NCBI GenBank assembly: GCA_963805885.1
Contig: CAWDWC010000007.1
Span: 16,732 to 80,731, forward strand
Length of the DNA stretch: 64,000 nucleotides
DNA from: an uncultured Flavobacteriaceae bacterium
GTDB lineage: Bacteria > Bacteroidota > Bacteroidia > Flavobacteriales > Flavobacteriaceae
Reading direction: 5' to 3'
Shown here: positions 19,499 through 30,377 of the stretch, in pieces
How positions within the stretch are numbered: the stretch's first letter is position 1
Layout of the letters: the number at the start of each line of letters is the position of its first letter
Translations under genes and position numbers: made by a program
The notes under the pieces: model-generated
Databases searched by the model: none
Seen by the model: the letters and a program-made list of their open reading frames with translations, nothing else
What the model was told of the DNA's origin: nothing

Positions 19499-20230
19499 AT
19501 GGAAAAGAAAATAACACCTTACAAAAATTCTTCCGAAGGGAAAAAGAAACAGGTTGAACAGATGTTCGACACTATTTCTGAAAATTATGATGGCCTGAAT
19601 CGTATAATTTCATTGGGTTCAGATATTAAATGGCGAAAAAAAGTCATTAAAATGGTTGCCGAAAAAAATCCGATAAGCATTCTTGACATTGCGACAGGAA
19701 CTGGCGATCTCGCCATTCAGTTTGCCGAAAAAACTTCTGCAGAAAAGATTGTGGGCTTGGACATTTCTGAAGGAATGCTTTCCGTTGCCCGCAAAAAGGT
19801 ATTTGAAAAAAAAGTTTCAGAAAAAATTGAATTTGTGCAAGCAGATTCAGAAGCGTTACCTTTTGAAGACAACACTTTTGATGCAATTACTGTTTCCTTC
19901 GGCATCCGCAATTTTGAGAATCTTGAGAAAGGTCTTTCAGAAATTTTTCGCGTGCTCAAAAAAGGTGGCATTTTTGTGGTTTTGGAAACTTCTGTTCCAA
20001 CAAAATTTCCCTTCAAACAAGGATATCATTTTTATTCAAAAACCATTTTACCACTTGTAGGTAAAGTGTTTTCCAAAGACAAAGTAGCCTACAAATATTT
20101 AAGCGAAAGTGCTTCGGTATTCCCTCACGGCGAAAAGCTCAACAATATTTTGCGCAAAATCGGGTTTAATGAAGTGAAAAATAAACCGCAAACTTTCGGG
20201 GTGGCAACCATCTATAACGCTACAAAATAA
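19499..20230 (+). CDS. ubiE: Demethylmenaquinone methyltransferase UbiE/MenG
   Basis: MFD.I..NYD.LN, LDIATGTGD, FGIRNF and YLSES motifs. Start at ATG 19499, downstream of TAGTTTTG (19479-19486). Confidence 0.93.
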   Translation: MEKKITPYKNSSEGKKKQVEQMFDTISENYDGLNRIISLGSDIKWRKKVIKMVAEKNPISILDIATGTGDLAIQFAEKTSAEKIVGLDISEGMLSVARKKVFEKKVSEKIEFVQADSEALPFEDNTFDAITVSFGIRNFENLEKGLSEIFRVLKKGGIFVVLETSVPTKFPFKQGYHFYSKTILPLVGKVFSKDKVAYKYLSESASVFPHGEKLNNILRKIGFNEVKNKPQTFGVATIYNATK

Positions 20231-20233
20231 TTT

Positions 20234-20944
20234 ATGAAGAAGCTATTTTTTGTATTGGCCGTTTTATTCATTGCAAACAGCGCTCACGCTCAGTGGTTTT
20301 TCAATAAGGAACGGATTGCAAATTTGGAAAATTTTGATAAAAAGCGCTTTTCTTGGGGCTACTTTTTAGGCTTCAATAGCTATGATTTTAAAATTGATTA
20401 CAACAACCAATATGCAGACGATAACACAGATATTCAAGTAGAGCGTTCTGCAGGTTTTAACGTAGGACTTATTGGGGATATGCGTATCAATCAATATTTC
20501 AACCTGCGTTTGGAACCAGGTCTTTATTTTACACAGCGAAATCTTACTTTTCCAGGATTTACAGAACCGAAAGACTATTTACGGGAGGTAAAATCTACTT
20601 ACATCCACGTTCCGCTTTTACTAAAAGTTTCAACCAAAAGATTGAACAATATAAAACCATTTATAATTGGTGGGGTTTCCACTTCAATCAATCTTTCCAG
20701 CAACGAAAAGAATCCAGAGGACAACGAGCAGGGAAAATTCCGGATGACAAAAGGAACCAATTATTACGAACTTGGTTTTGGAATAGATTTTTATCTCTAT
20801 TATTTCAAATTCACGCCTTCCATCCGCGGTGTTTTTGCACTTAATGATGAATTGGTTCGCGATGACGACCCCAACAGCCCTTGGACTGGAAACATCGACA
20901 AATTATCGTCGCGTGGAATTTTCGTGAATTTTACGTTTCAGTAA
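20234..20944 (+). CDS. porT: T9SS outer-membrane protein PorT/SprT
   Basis: WGYFLGFN, GFNVGL, LRLEPGLYF, STYIHVPLLLK and GIDFYLYYFKF motifs; located after ubiE. Confidence 0.9.
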   Translation: MKKLFFVLAVLFIANSAHAQWFFNKERIANLENFDKKRFSWGYFLGFNSYDFKIDYNNQYADDNTDIQVERSAGFNVGLIGDMRINQYFNLRLEPGLYFTQRNLTFPGFTEPKDYLREVKSTYIHVPLLLKVSTKRLNNIKPFIIGGVSTSINLSSNEKNPEDNEQGKFRMTKGTNYYELGFGIDFYLYYFKFTPSIRGVFALNDELVRDDDPNSPWTGNIDKLSSRGIFVNFTFQ

Positions 20945-21659
20945 ATCTTCTGAATTCGCTTAAAAGAATAGCGGTTGCCGTTGCCACATTCAGGCTTTCT
21001 GTTTTTTGTGTTTTTCCGAAACGGGGAATAGTTATTTTGTGTGTTATTTTTTGAAGTAAAGCTTCCGATATGCCATTGGCTTCGTTTCCCATTACGATTA
21101 TTCCATCTTTGGGAAGTTTTTCAGAATAAACACTTTTTCCATCCATAAAACCTCCATAAATGGGTAATTTCGTTTTTTCGAAAAAAACTGAAAGGGACAG
21201 ATAATGAATTTGCACCCGCGCCAAAGAACCCATGGTTGCCTGTACCACTTTCGGATTGAAACAATCTGCAGTGTCTTCAGAACAAAGAAGTTGTTGTACC
21301 CCAAACCAATCACACAACCGAATAATGGTACCCAAGTTTCCCGGGTCGCGAACAGCATCCAAAGCGACCATCAAACCGGAATTCTGTAAAAGTTTAGGCT
21401 TGGGGATTTCAAAAACGCCCAGAGAAGTGTTTGCTGTTTTTAGAAAACTTATCTTTTTAAGTTCAGCATCAGTTACAAAAAAATGATTTTCGGCTTCAAT
21501 ATTTGATGCAACCGTCGAAAATAGTGATTGAAGTTTAAAACCTTCTTTCAGCAATTCGGCAATAACTTTTGGCCCTTCACCCACAAAAAGACCAGTTTGG
21601 TCACGGTACTTTTTTTGCTGAAGGCTCGTTATTAATTTTGTTTGACTTTTGCTGACCAA
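20931..21659 (-). CDS. TrmH/SpoU-family RNA methyltransferase
   Basis: DPGNLGTIIR, VMGNEANG and ESLNVA motifs; probable TTG start at 21659. Confidence 0.9.
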   Translation of the reverse strand: MVSKSQTKLITSLQQKKYRDQTGLFVGEGPKVIAELLKEGFKLQSLFSTVASNIEAENHFFVTDAELKKISFLKTANTSLGVFEIPKPKLLQNSGLMVALDAVRDPGNLGTIIRLCDWFGVQQLLCSEDTADCFNPKVVQATMGSLARVQIHYLSLSVFFEKTKLPIYGGFMDGKSVYSEKLPKDGIIVMGNEANGISEALLQKITHKITIPRFGKTQKTESLNVATATAILLSEFRRFTET

Positions 21660-21695
21660 AATATAGTATTTTTGAATTTGAATAAAAATGTACAC

Positions 21696-24254
21696 TTGAA
21701 ACGCAACCTCACAAAAATATCATTATTTATAGTATTAACCAGCTTGTTTTTTTCATGTAATGCAGTAAAGCGTGTACCCGATGGGAAATTTTTACTTACA
21801 GACAACACCATTATCGTTGATAGCATAGAAACAAAAGATGCTGGGGTTTACAGTCAATTGGCACAGAAGCCCAATACTTCCATCCCACTAATTGGAGTGC
21901 CTTTAAGCTTACATATATACAATCTTGCAGACCCACAGCCGGATTCTACCTATTATAAATGGCTTCACAAAAACCCAAAACGCGAGGATCGGCTTATTCG
22001 TCTTCTTTCTAAAAAGCAAGTGGACCAACTAGACAGCAGTTATGTTGGGATTAACAAATGGCTGCAAAAATCTGGAGATGCCCCAGTGGTTATTGACGAA
22101 AAAAAAATTGAAAAGTCTGTAAATAGATTAAAGCGCTGGTATGCGAGTTACGGGTATTTTAATGACGAGGTGGATTATAAAATTGAGCCTAGCGAAAAGA
22201 AGAAGAAAAGAGCTGCCATAACTTATTCCGTAAAAAGACACCAGCCTTATTTTGTGGGTGACACCATAATTGAAAAAATAAGTTCGCCCGTAGTTGATTC
22301 ACTTTTTCAAATCACTAAAGCCAATTCATTCATTGTTAGGGGGAAACAATATGCCGCGAACGATTTTGTGAACGAACGCGACCGACTTACCATACAGTTT
22401 AGAAACTCAGGCTTGTATCACTTTGACCAAGAGTATGTGGGTTTTGAAGCTGATACCGTAAACACAGACCATAAAGCAGATATTACTTACATTATCCCCG
22501 ATAGAAAAATTAGCGAGGGAGACAGTACCTATACGGTTCCTTTTAAAGTTCACAGTATTAATGAAGTTAGGATTGTTACGGATTTTACATATGAAAACAA
22601 GGATAAAAAATTTCAGGATTCCGTAAGTTTTAAAGGGTATAAACTCTTTAGTTATGGCAAAATGCGATTTCGTCCAAAAGCCATTACTGATGCCATTTCC
22701 ATTACTCCCGGGAAAATTTATAAGGATATTGACAGGACCTTGACCTACAATCAAATTAGTGACCTGCGCATTTTTAAATACCCGAATATAAATTATGCCG
22801 AAGTAGAAAAAGATTCCACAGGAAGATTATTGAATTCTACTATTTTGTTAAGTCCGCGCGATCGTTTTACGCTTGGGGTGGATTTTGACGCATATACCTC
22901 AACCATTCAACAATTTGGAATCAGTTTTAGCGGAAATATTATTTTTAGAAATATTTTTCGCGGGGCTGAAATATTACAAATTTCAGGCCGTGGCAGTCTG
23001 GGCTCTTCAAAAGATGCCGCAGACAGCCAAAGTAGTTTTTTCAATATTTCAGAATTTGGCGGCGACGCAAAGCTTACTTTTCCTAGGATTCTTTTCCCAA
23101 TAAATACTGAAAAGTTGATTCCAAAATATATGTCGCCTTCAACAAGTGTGAGTGTAGGAGCAAGTGTGCAAAACAATATAGGTTTGGACAGACAATCTAT
23201 AAATGCAATTTATAATTACAGATGGAAGCCTTCAAAAATCCTTACCTATCAATTGGATTTAATGAACCTTCAATATGTGCGGAACCTAAATACGGAAAAT
23301 TATTTCAATGTTTACAAAAGTTCCTATAATAGGCTGAACGAAATAGCGCAGGAATTAAATTATGATTTCGCTAATCCTTCAAACGACCCAATGCTTGAAA
23401 TTCCTGACGAAACGGCTACATTCATTACAGATGTTTTACAGGAAAATATCAACTCTGACTCTGAAATATACCAAGAAGTTTTAAGTATTTCCGAGCGACA
23501 AATACGACTTTCAGAGAACAACCTGATTTTTGCTTCCAATATAACTTTAACAAGAGACACGCGGGAAAATATTAATGACAATAATTTTTCGCGATTACGT
23601 TTAAAACTGGAATCTGCGGGCAATGTGCTTTCTGGAATTTCAAATATTGCAGGTATTAAAAAAAATGATGCCGGAAATTATAAAACCTTGGGTGTTGTTT
23701 ATTCGCAATATGCAAAAGCGGAAGCGGAATACATAAAACATTGGGACATAAACAGTAATAATATAGTTGCCTTCCGGGTTTTTGGAGGGATTGCCATCCC
23801 TTATGGGAACAGTAACAGTATTCCATTTACCCGAAGTTATTTTGCCGGTGGCGCTAATGATAACCGTGGCTGGAGAGCGTATGATCTTGGTCCTGGGAGC
23901 AGCGGAAGCATTCTTGATTTTAACGATGCAAACTTCAAACTTGCCCTGAATGGTGAATACAGGTTTACCATATTAGGCGCCTTTAAAGGTGCATTATTCG
24001 TAGACGCAGGGAACATTTGGAATGTGCTTGACAACATTGAAGACGAAGCAGCTGTATTTAATGGTATTGGAGACATTAAAGAACTTGCCGTTGCTTCGGG
24101 TTTTGGGCTTCGGTATGATTTCGGATTTTTTGTATTGCGTTTTGACGTTGGTTTTAAAACACACAACCCTGCAAATCCTATCGGCGAACGTTGGTTTAGG
24201 GATTATAATTTTCCAAATGCAGTATATAACATAGGTATTAACTATCCCTTTTAA
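21696..24254 (+). CDS. tamL: Omp85-family lipoprotein TamL (BamA/TamA-like)
   Basis: Lipobox FFSC; POTRA-like GYF segments; YFAGGANDNRGW; FVDAGNIW; terminal IGINYPF. Probable TTG start at 21696. Confidence 0.87.
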   Translation: MKRNLTKISLFIVLTSLFFSCNAVKRVPDGKFLLTDNTIIVDSIETKDAGVYSQLAQKPNTSIPLIGVPLSLHIYNLADPQPDSTYYKWLHKNPKREDRLIRLLSKKQVDQLDSSYVGINKWLQKSGDAPVVIDEKKIEKSVNRLKRWYASYGYFNDEVDYKIEPSEKKKKRAAITYSVKRHQPYFVGDTIIEKISSPVVDSLFQITKANSFIVRGKQYAANDFVNERDRLTIQFRNSGLYHFDQEYVGFEADTVNTDHKADITYIIPDRKISEGDSTYTVPFKVHSINEVRIVTDFTYENKDKKFQDSVSFKGYKLFSYGKMRFRPKAITDAISITPGKIYKDIDRTLTYNQISDLRIFKYPNINYAEVEKDSTGRLLNSTILLSPRDRFTLGVDFDAYTSTIQQFGISFSGNIIFRNIFRGAEILQISGRGSLGSSKDAADSQSSFFNISEFGGDAKLTFPRILFPINTEKLIPKYMSPSTSVSVGASVQNNIGLDRQSINAIYNYRWKPSKILTYQLDLMNLQYVRNLNTENYFNVYKSSYNRLNEIAQELNYDFANPSNDPMLEIPDETATFITDVLQENINSDSEIYQEVLSISERQIRLSENNLIFASNITLTRDTRENINDNNFSRLRLKLESAGNVLSGISNIAGIKKNDAGNYKTLGVVYSQYAKAEAEYIKHWDINSNNIVAFRVFGGIAIPYGNSNSIPFTRSYFAGGANDNRGWRAYDLGPGSSGSILDFNDANFKLALNGEYRFTILGAFKGALFVDAGNIWNVLDNIEDEAAVFNGIGDIKELAVASGFGLRYDFGFFVLRFDVGFKTHNPANPIGERWFRDYNFPNAVYNIGINYPF

Positions 24255-24297
24255 ACCATATAAATTTGTTATTTTTGCTTGATAAATATACTTAATT

Positions 24298-25365
24298 ATG
24301 AGCCATGGAATTGTACCGGGTGTAGCAACCGGAAAAGAAGTTCAAAAAATACATCAATACGCAAAAGACAAAGGCTTTGCAATGCCTGCCGTGAACGTTG
24401 TGGGTTCAGACAGCGTTAACGCTGTTATGGAAACAGCCGCCGCTCTAAATTCGCCAGTAATTATTCAATTTTCAAATGGTGGGGCGCATTTTAATGCTGG
24501 AAAAGGTCTTTCAAACGAAAACGAAAAAGCCGCAATAGCCGGTGGCGTTGCCGGTGCAAAACATATTCACGAACTTGCAAAAGTGTATGGGGCTACGGTT
24601 ATTCTTCACACAGACCATTGCGCTAAAAAATTACTTCCATGGATTGACGGCTTGCTTGATGCAGGTGAAAAATTCTTTAAAGAAAATGGAAAACCACTTT
24701 ATAGCTCACATATGATAGATCTTTCCGAAGAGCCTATTGAAGAAAATATTGAAATCTGCAAGCGCTATTTGGAACGAATGAGCAAAATTGGGATGACCCT
24801 CGAAATTGAGTTGGGCATCACTGGCGGTGAAGAAGATGGCGTGGACAATACCGACGTAGATTCTTCAAAACTATATACACAACCCGAAGAAGTTGCTTAT
24901 GCCTACGAAGAGCTTTCAAAAATAAGCGATCAGTTTACCATCGCCGCAGCTTTTGGAAACGTTCACGGTGTTTACAAACCTGGTAATGTAAAATTGACTC
25001 CTGTAATCCTTAAAAACTCACAGGAATATGTTCAGAAAAAATTCAATACGGGACACAATCCAATTGACTTTGTCTTCCACGGTGGAAGCGGTTCCACTTT
25101 GGAAGAAATTCGTGAAGCAATCGGCTATGGTGTAATAAAGATGAATATTGACACCGACATGCAATTCGCTTTTACTGAAGGTGTGCGTGATTATATGGTG
25201 AACAATTTGGAATATTTGAAAACCCAAATTGGAAATCCTGAAGGAGCTGAACTACCAAATAAAAAGTATTACGACCCAAGAAAATGGCTTCGCGAAGGTG
25301 AAATCACTTTCAAAAAAAGACTTGAACAGGCTTTTAAAGATCTAAACAACGTAAACACGTTGTAA
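24298..25365 (+). CDS. fbaA: Class II fructose-bisphosphate aldolase
   Basis: HTDH, SSHMIDLS, GNVHGVY, FHGGSG and YDPR motifs; TATTTTTG promoter at 24270-24277. Confidence 0.96.
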   Translation: MSHGIVPGVATGKEVQKIHQYAKDKGFAMPAVNVVGSDSVNAVMETAAALNSPVIIQFSNGGAHFNAGKGLSNENEKAAIAGGVAGAKHIHELAKVYGATVILHTDHCAKKLLPWIDGLLDAGEKFFKENGKPLYSSHMIDLSEEPIEENIEICKRYLERMSKIGMTLEIELGITGGEEDGVDNTDVDSSKLYTQPEEVAYAYEELSKISDQFTIAAAFGNVHGVYKPGNVKLTPVILKNSQEYVQKKFNTGHNPIDFVFHGGSGSTLEEIREAIGYGVIKMNIDTDMQFAFTEGVRDYMVNNLEYLKTQIGNPEGAELPNKKYYDPRKWLREGEITFKKRLEQAFKDLNNVNTL

Positions 25366-25406
25366 CCTTTGAGTGAAAAATAAAAATGTTTAATAAACAA
25401 TAGTTT

Positions 25407-26273
25407 ATGCCTTGGTTTAAAAGAACAAAAAAAGGGATACAAACCCCAACAGAAGATAAAAAAGACGTCCCAAAAGGATTGTGGTACAAATCGCCCACTG
25501 GAAAAATTGTTGATAGCGAAGAGCTTGAAAAGAATTTTTATGTAAGTCCCGAAGATGGCTATCATGTTCGCATTGGAAGTAAAGAGTATTTTGAAATCCT
25601 TTTTGACGATAATAAATTTAAAGAACTCGATAAAAACCTTAGCTCTCAAGATACCCTAAAATTCGAGGATAAGAAAAAGTATACAGATAGGTTAAAGGAG
25701 GCGCAGGACAAGACTGGTCTTAAAGACGCTATACGTTGTGCGGTTGGAAAATCGATGGGAGCCGATTTGGTTATAGCCTGTATGGACTTCAGCTTTATTG
25801 GAGGATCTATGGGAAGTGTTGTAGGTGAAAAAATTGCCCGCGCAGCAGATTACTCACTTAAGAAAAAAATCCCTTTATTGATCATTTCAAAAAGTGGTGG
25901 TGCCCGAATGATGGAAGCGGCGCTTTCGTTGATGCAACTTGCAAAAACAAGCGTAAAGCTCGCACAACTTAGTGATGCCGGAATACCTTATGTTTCTTTA
26001 TGCACAGACCCAACCACTGGAGGAACTACTGCTTCTTTCGCAATGTTGGGCGATATAAACATTAGCGAGCCCGGGGCTTTAATTGGTTTTGCAGGGCCTC
26101 GCGTTGTTCGCGATACCACTGGAAAAGAACTTCCCGAAGGCTTTCAAACTGCCGAATTTGTTCTAGAGCACGGTTTTCTCGATTTTATAACCCATCGTCG
26201 GGATCTAAAACGAAAAATCAATCTCTACCTTGATTTGGTCATGAACAGACCACTTCGAGAGAAAATTGCATAA
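25407..26273 (+). CDS. accD: Acetyl-CoA carboxylase carboxyltransferase beta subunit
   Basis: [26 protein letters not shown] and GFAGPRV motifs. Confidence 0.96.
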   Translation: MPWFKRTKKGIQTPTEDKKDVPKGLWYKSPTGKIVDSEELEKNFYVSPEDGYHVRIGSKEYFEILFDDNKFKELDKNLSSQDTLKFEDKKKYTDRLKEAQDKTGLKDAIRCAVGKSMGADLVIACMDFSFIGGSMGSVVGEKIARAADYSLKKKIPLLIISKSGGARMMEAALSLMQLAKTSVKLAQLSDAGIPYVSLCTDPTTGGTTASFAMLGDINISEPGALIGFAGPRVVRDTTGKELPEGFQTAEFVLEHGFLDFITHRRDLKRKINLYLDLVMNRPLREKIA

Positions 26274-26304
26274 AAAAAAGCTGCCCGTTTTGGGCAGCTT
26301 TTTT
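26273..26304. terminator. Bidirectional intrinsic terminator
   Basis: AAAAAAGCTGCCC-gtttt-GGGCAGCTTTTTT. Confidence 0.88.
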
Positions 26305-26321
26305 CATTTTATCAAATTCAA

Positions 26322-27155
26322 TTAATTCATTATGAAAGGATATTCTTGGCCATTGTAAATAAACACAGCCTGGTTGTCACATTCACCATCACCAAAATCA
26401 ATTGCAGCCGTTACACCGTCTTGTGTAACTTGAAGTACACCGCTAACTAAAAAACGGCAGGATAGTTTTCGAACCAAGACATCAGTTACTTCCCCAGTTC
26501 GTTCAAAACCATTTGTAAATTCGGTTTGCCAATTTCCGGTTATGTAATAAACATTATCCAGCCAAGTGCCAGAACCTACACCTTCCACCCATTCGGATAC
26601 TCTAAGGCCATTACGCGTTCCTGTTACGGTTGTGTTGGGGAAACTAACCGTTATACTTTCATTTAATGTAGATTGTGGATTTCCATTTTGGTTGGCAATT
26701 TCATATAAAAAATCACCTCCGCCGCTCACGCCATTATCATTAAACGTGAAATCATTATAAAGGTAATTAACCGTATAGGTACCGCCAACCAAAGGGCCAT
26801 ATTCCAATAGAATACTTCCTGAAACAACATTCCCATTGTTGAGCGTACAGGAATCTCCGAAATCTACCAAAACCAAAATATTATTGCCTTGGGTAGTTAT
26901 GCTAATTTGCGTACAATCTGAAAATAAGGACAGCTGGTTAGGCCCGCGGCCACCAGTTTCATTTTCTACAAAGGCCTGCTCCATAATATTAAAGGTTCCT
27001 TCGGCAACATTGTCCATTTTTGCAGCTCTAGCCGAATCATCTGAAGTAAAGTTTACTTCTTCTGTAGATTCGTTATCTTCTTTGTCACAACTTGTGATAA
27101 AGAAGATTCCCATCGTAAAAATTGCAACAATTAATCTAAAAGAGATGATTTTCAT
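26322..27155 (-). CDS. Hypothetical surface lipoprotein
   Basis: Lipobox ITSC followed by DKEDNE; beta-rich body with VDFGDSC and IDFGDGECD motifs. Confidence 0.8.
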   Translation of the reverse strand: MKIISFRLIVAIFTMGIFFITSCDKEDNESTEEVNFTSDDSARAAKMDNVAEGTFNIMEQAFVENETGGRGPNQLSLFSDCTQISITTQGNNILVLVDFGDSCTLNNGNVVSGSILLEYGPLVGGTYTVNYLYNDFTFNDNGVSGGGDFLYEIANQNGNPQSTLNESITVSFPNTTVTGTRNGLRVSEWVEGVGSGTWLDNVYYITGNWQTEFTNGFERTGEVTDVLVRKLSCRFLVSGVLQVTQDGVTAAIDFGDGECDNQAVFIYNGQEYPFIMN

Positions 27156-27261
27156 AAAATTGAATGTTTAGGGGTTTGGTATTTATAACGCTGAAAACAT
27201 TAAATTTGATATATTTTAAATTAATTTTGTTATATAAACATTAATTTTCAAATTGATTTTG

Positions 27262-27326
27262 TACTTTTGCAGCCTTGATTACCAAAAAGGTAGTCAGTAC
27301 ATAAAAATCATTTTAATAATATTGGC
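27262..27326 (+). promoter_or_regulatory. rpsO promoter and leader hairpin (candidate S15 autoregulatory leader)
   Basis: TACTTTTG at 27262-27269, then hairpin TGATTACC-aaaaa-GGTAGTCA at 27276-27296. Confidence 0.55.
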
Positions 27327-27599
27327 ATGTATTTATCACCAGAAGAAAAAGAAAAAATTATTTAAAAAACACGGTAAGTCTAAGACTGACACTGGTTCAG
27401 CAGAAGGACAGATTGCATTGTTTACATAACGTATTAGCCCATTTAACAAACCACCTTAAAAGCAAATCAAAAAGATTACAACACAGAACGTTCTTTGGTA
27501 AAATTGGTAGGTAAGCGTACGATCATTGTTGATTATCTTATGAAAAAAGATATTATGCGTTACCGTGCAATTGTTAAAGAATTAGGATTACGTAAGTAA
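27327..27599 (+). CDS. rpsO: 30S ribosomal protein S15 (several apparent frameshifts in this sequence)
   Basis: Not in the ORF track. Pieced across frames: MYLSPEEKEK..FKKHGKSKTDTGSAEGQIALFT..LTNHLK..KDYNTERSLVKLVGKR..DYLMKKDIMRYRAIVKELGLRK-stop. Confidence 0.92.
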
Positions 27600-27606
27600 T
27601 ATATTC

Positions 27607-27630
27607 AAAGGGGCTTTTTTGAGCCCCTTT
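27607..27630 (+). terminator. Intrinsic terminator after rpsO
   Basis: AAAGGGGCT-tttttg-AGCCCCTTT followed by T-rich sequence. Confidence 0.75.
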
Positions 27631-27829
27631 TATTTTAATTTCGAACTGCAATTTTCAGAACTTATTTCTACTGAAGTAAAACATATAGAAAAGCTACCCT
27701 TAGGTTTTTCATTGGTCAACCACAACAACACAACAACACTAAGCCTGAAAATCAGGTTTTGACCAAAATTAACGTACTCCTTGCTATTGCTGAAAAGCAT
27801 ATTCTTGCGGCGCATAAAATGAAAAACAA

Positions 27830-30080
27830 ATGATACCTAAAGTATTTAAAGAGGTCATAGACCTTGGTGATGGAAGAGAAATTTCCATCGAAACCGGAAA
27901 ATTAGCAAAACAGGCCCACGGCTCTGTAGTTGTTCAATCCGGAAAATGTATGTTGCTATGTACCGTAGTTTCAAATTACGAACAGAAAGATTTAGATTTT
28001 CTACCCTTAACGGTAGATTATCGTGAAAAATTTGCTGCTTCAGGACGTTACCCAGGTGGTTTCTTTAAAAGAGAAGCAAGACCAAGTGATGGCGAAGTAT
28101 TAACAATGCGTTTAGTGGACCGTGTATTGCGCCCATTTTTCCCAAAAGATTATCACTGCTGAAACACAGGTGATGATTCAATTAATGAGCCATGATGATG
28201 ATGTTATGCCAGATGCAATGGCAGGTTTGGCCGCTTCTGCAGCTATTCAACTTTCAGATTTTCCTTTTGAATGTGCTATTTCTGAAGCACGTGTAGGTAG
28301 AGTAAATGGTGAATTCGTAATCAACCCTACAAGAGCACAATTGGAAGAATCTGACATCGATATGGTGATTGGAGCTTCTGCGGACTCTGTGATGATGGTA
28401 GAAGGTGAAATGAAAGAGATTTCAGAAGAAGAGATGGTTGAGGCAATCAAATTTGCTCACGAAGCACATTAAAAAACAATGTGAGGCGCAACTTAGATTG
28501 GCCGAAGCATTTGGAAGAAAAGAGGTTCGTGAATATCCAGCAGAGCGTGAAGATGAGGATTTGATGAAGAAAATTCACGATATGGCTTATGATAAAGTCT
28601 ATGCCGTTGCAAAAGCAGGATCTGCAAAACACGAAAGAAGTGCTGCCTTTTCTGAAATAAAAGAAGAGATTAAAGCCACTTTTTCTGAAGAAGAATTAGA
28701 AGATTTTGGCGATTTAGTTTCAAAATACTACAGAAAAGCTGAAAAAGCTGCCGTTCGTGACCTTACTTTAAATGAAGGTTTGCGTTTGGATGGAAGAAAA
28801 ACTGACGAAATTCGCCCAATTTGGTGCGAGGTAGATTATTTACCTTCCACTCACGGTTCTGCAATCTTTACAAGAGGAGAAACACAAGCTTTGGCAACAG
28901 TTACTTTGGGAACTTCACGAGAAGCAAACCAAATTGACATGCCATCTTTTGAAGGTGAAGAAACATTTTATCTTCACTATAACTTCCCTCCTTTCTCTAC
29001 TGGTGAAGCACGCCCAATTCGCGGAACTTCACGTAGAGAAATTGGTCACGGAAATTTAGCACAACGAGCTTTAAAAGGAATGATTCCTGCAGATTGCCCT
29101 TATACCGTTCGTGTTGTTTCAGAAGTATTAGAATCTAACGGTTCTTCTTCTATGGCAACCGTTTGTAGCTGGTACAATGGCGTTAATGGATGCTGGGGTT
29201 CAGTTGAAAAAACCAGTTTCTGGTATTGCAATGGGATTGATTTCTGATGGCGAGACTGGAAAATATGCAGTACTTTCTGATATTTTAGGTGATGAAGATC
29301 ACTTAGGTGATATGGACTTTAAAGTTACTGGAACTGCAGATGGAATTACCGCTTGCCAGATGGATATTAAAGTAAAAGGACTTTCTTACGAAATTTTGGT
29401 GAATGCTTTAAAACAAGCATCAGCAGGCCGTTTACATATTCTTGGTAAATTAACCGAGACTATTGCAGCACCAAATGCAGATGTGAAGCCACACGCTCCA
29501 AAAATGGTTACTGTTACTATTCCAAACGAATTTATTGGTGCTTTGATTGGGCCTGGTGGAAAAGTGATTCAAGAACTTCAAAAAGAAACAAAAACAACAA
29601 TCGTTATAAATGAAGATCCTGTTACTGAAGAAGGTATTGTGGAAATTCTTGGAACAAACCAAGAAGGAATTGATGCAGTATTGGCGAAGATAGATTCGAT
29701 TACCTTCAAACCAGAAGTGGGAAGTGTATACGAAGTGAAAGTTATAAAAATGCTTGATTTTGGTGCCGTTGTAGAATATGTGGATGCTCCCGGAAATGAA
29801 ACCTTATTACACGTTTCTGAACTTGCTTGGGAACGAACAGAGAATGTAACCGATGTTGTAAATATGGGTGATGTTTTTGATGTGAAATATTTTGGTTTGA
29901 TCCTAGAACGAGAAAAGAGAAAGTTTCAAGAAAAGCGTTGTTGCCAAAACCGGAAGGTTATAAAGAACGTCCACCACGCGACGATAGCCGAAGTGGTCAA
30001 GAGACAGAGATAATCGTGGACGCGACAACCGTGGCCGTGACGATCGTAACAGTCGTGATAGAGATAGAAAAAGAGATTAA
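27830..30080 (+). CDS. pnp: Polyribonucleotide nucleotidyltransferase (PNPase), split by apparent frameshifts
   Basis: Consecutive ORF fragments carry [56 protein letters not shown] (IGPGGK) and S1 domains; Arg/Asp-rich tail ends at TAA 30078-30080. Confidence 0.93.
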
Positions 30081-30081
30081 T

Positions 30082-30105
30082 AGATTCCCACGAAAGTGGG
30101 AATCT
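30082..30105. repeat. Palindromic REP-like element, ATTCCC-N8-GGGAAT
   Basis: AGATTCCCAC-GAAA-GTGGGAATCT immediately after the pnp stop; related copy at 36601-36621. Confidence 0.65.
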
Positions 30106-30115
30106 GTTTAAGATT

Positions 30116-30156
30116 AAAAACGCCTTCAGTCCCGAAACTCGAGAGGGCGTTTTTTT
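30116..30156 (+). terminator. Intrinsic terminator after pnp
   Basis: AAAAACGCCTTC...GAGGGCGTTTTTTT. Confidence 0.75.
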
Positions 30157-30377
30157 ATGACACAATTGCAGTACAGATTGAATATGCTTCATTTACCGAC
30201 ATAATAGCATAGTTAGAAGTATAACTTATAATTTTAACAAACCTTTAGTGATTTACCTCCCTTAGCATTATCCACTTAGCTAACAACTATTTATTTTTAA
30301 TATATATCTTATTCAACTATTAGATCTCTTTCTCGTATAGTACTTGCAGTTATTAAGACTAAATAATTAAATAAATT

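Noticed and set aside
29960-30080. Short repeats (CGTGG/CGTGA/GACAACCG) at the end of pnp
   Set aside because: They encode the low-complexity Arg/Asp/Gly tail ([14 protein letters not shown]) common on PNPases, not a DNA repeat element.
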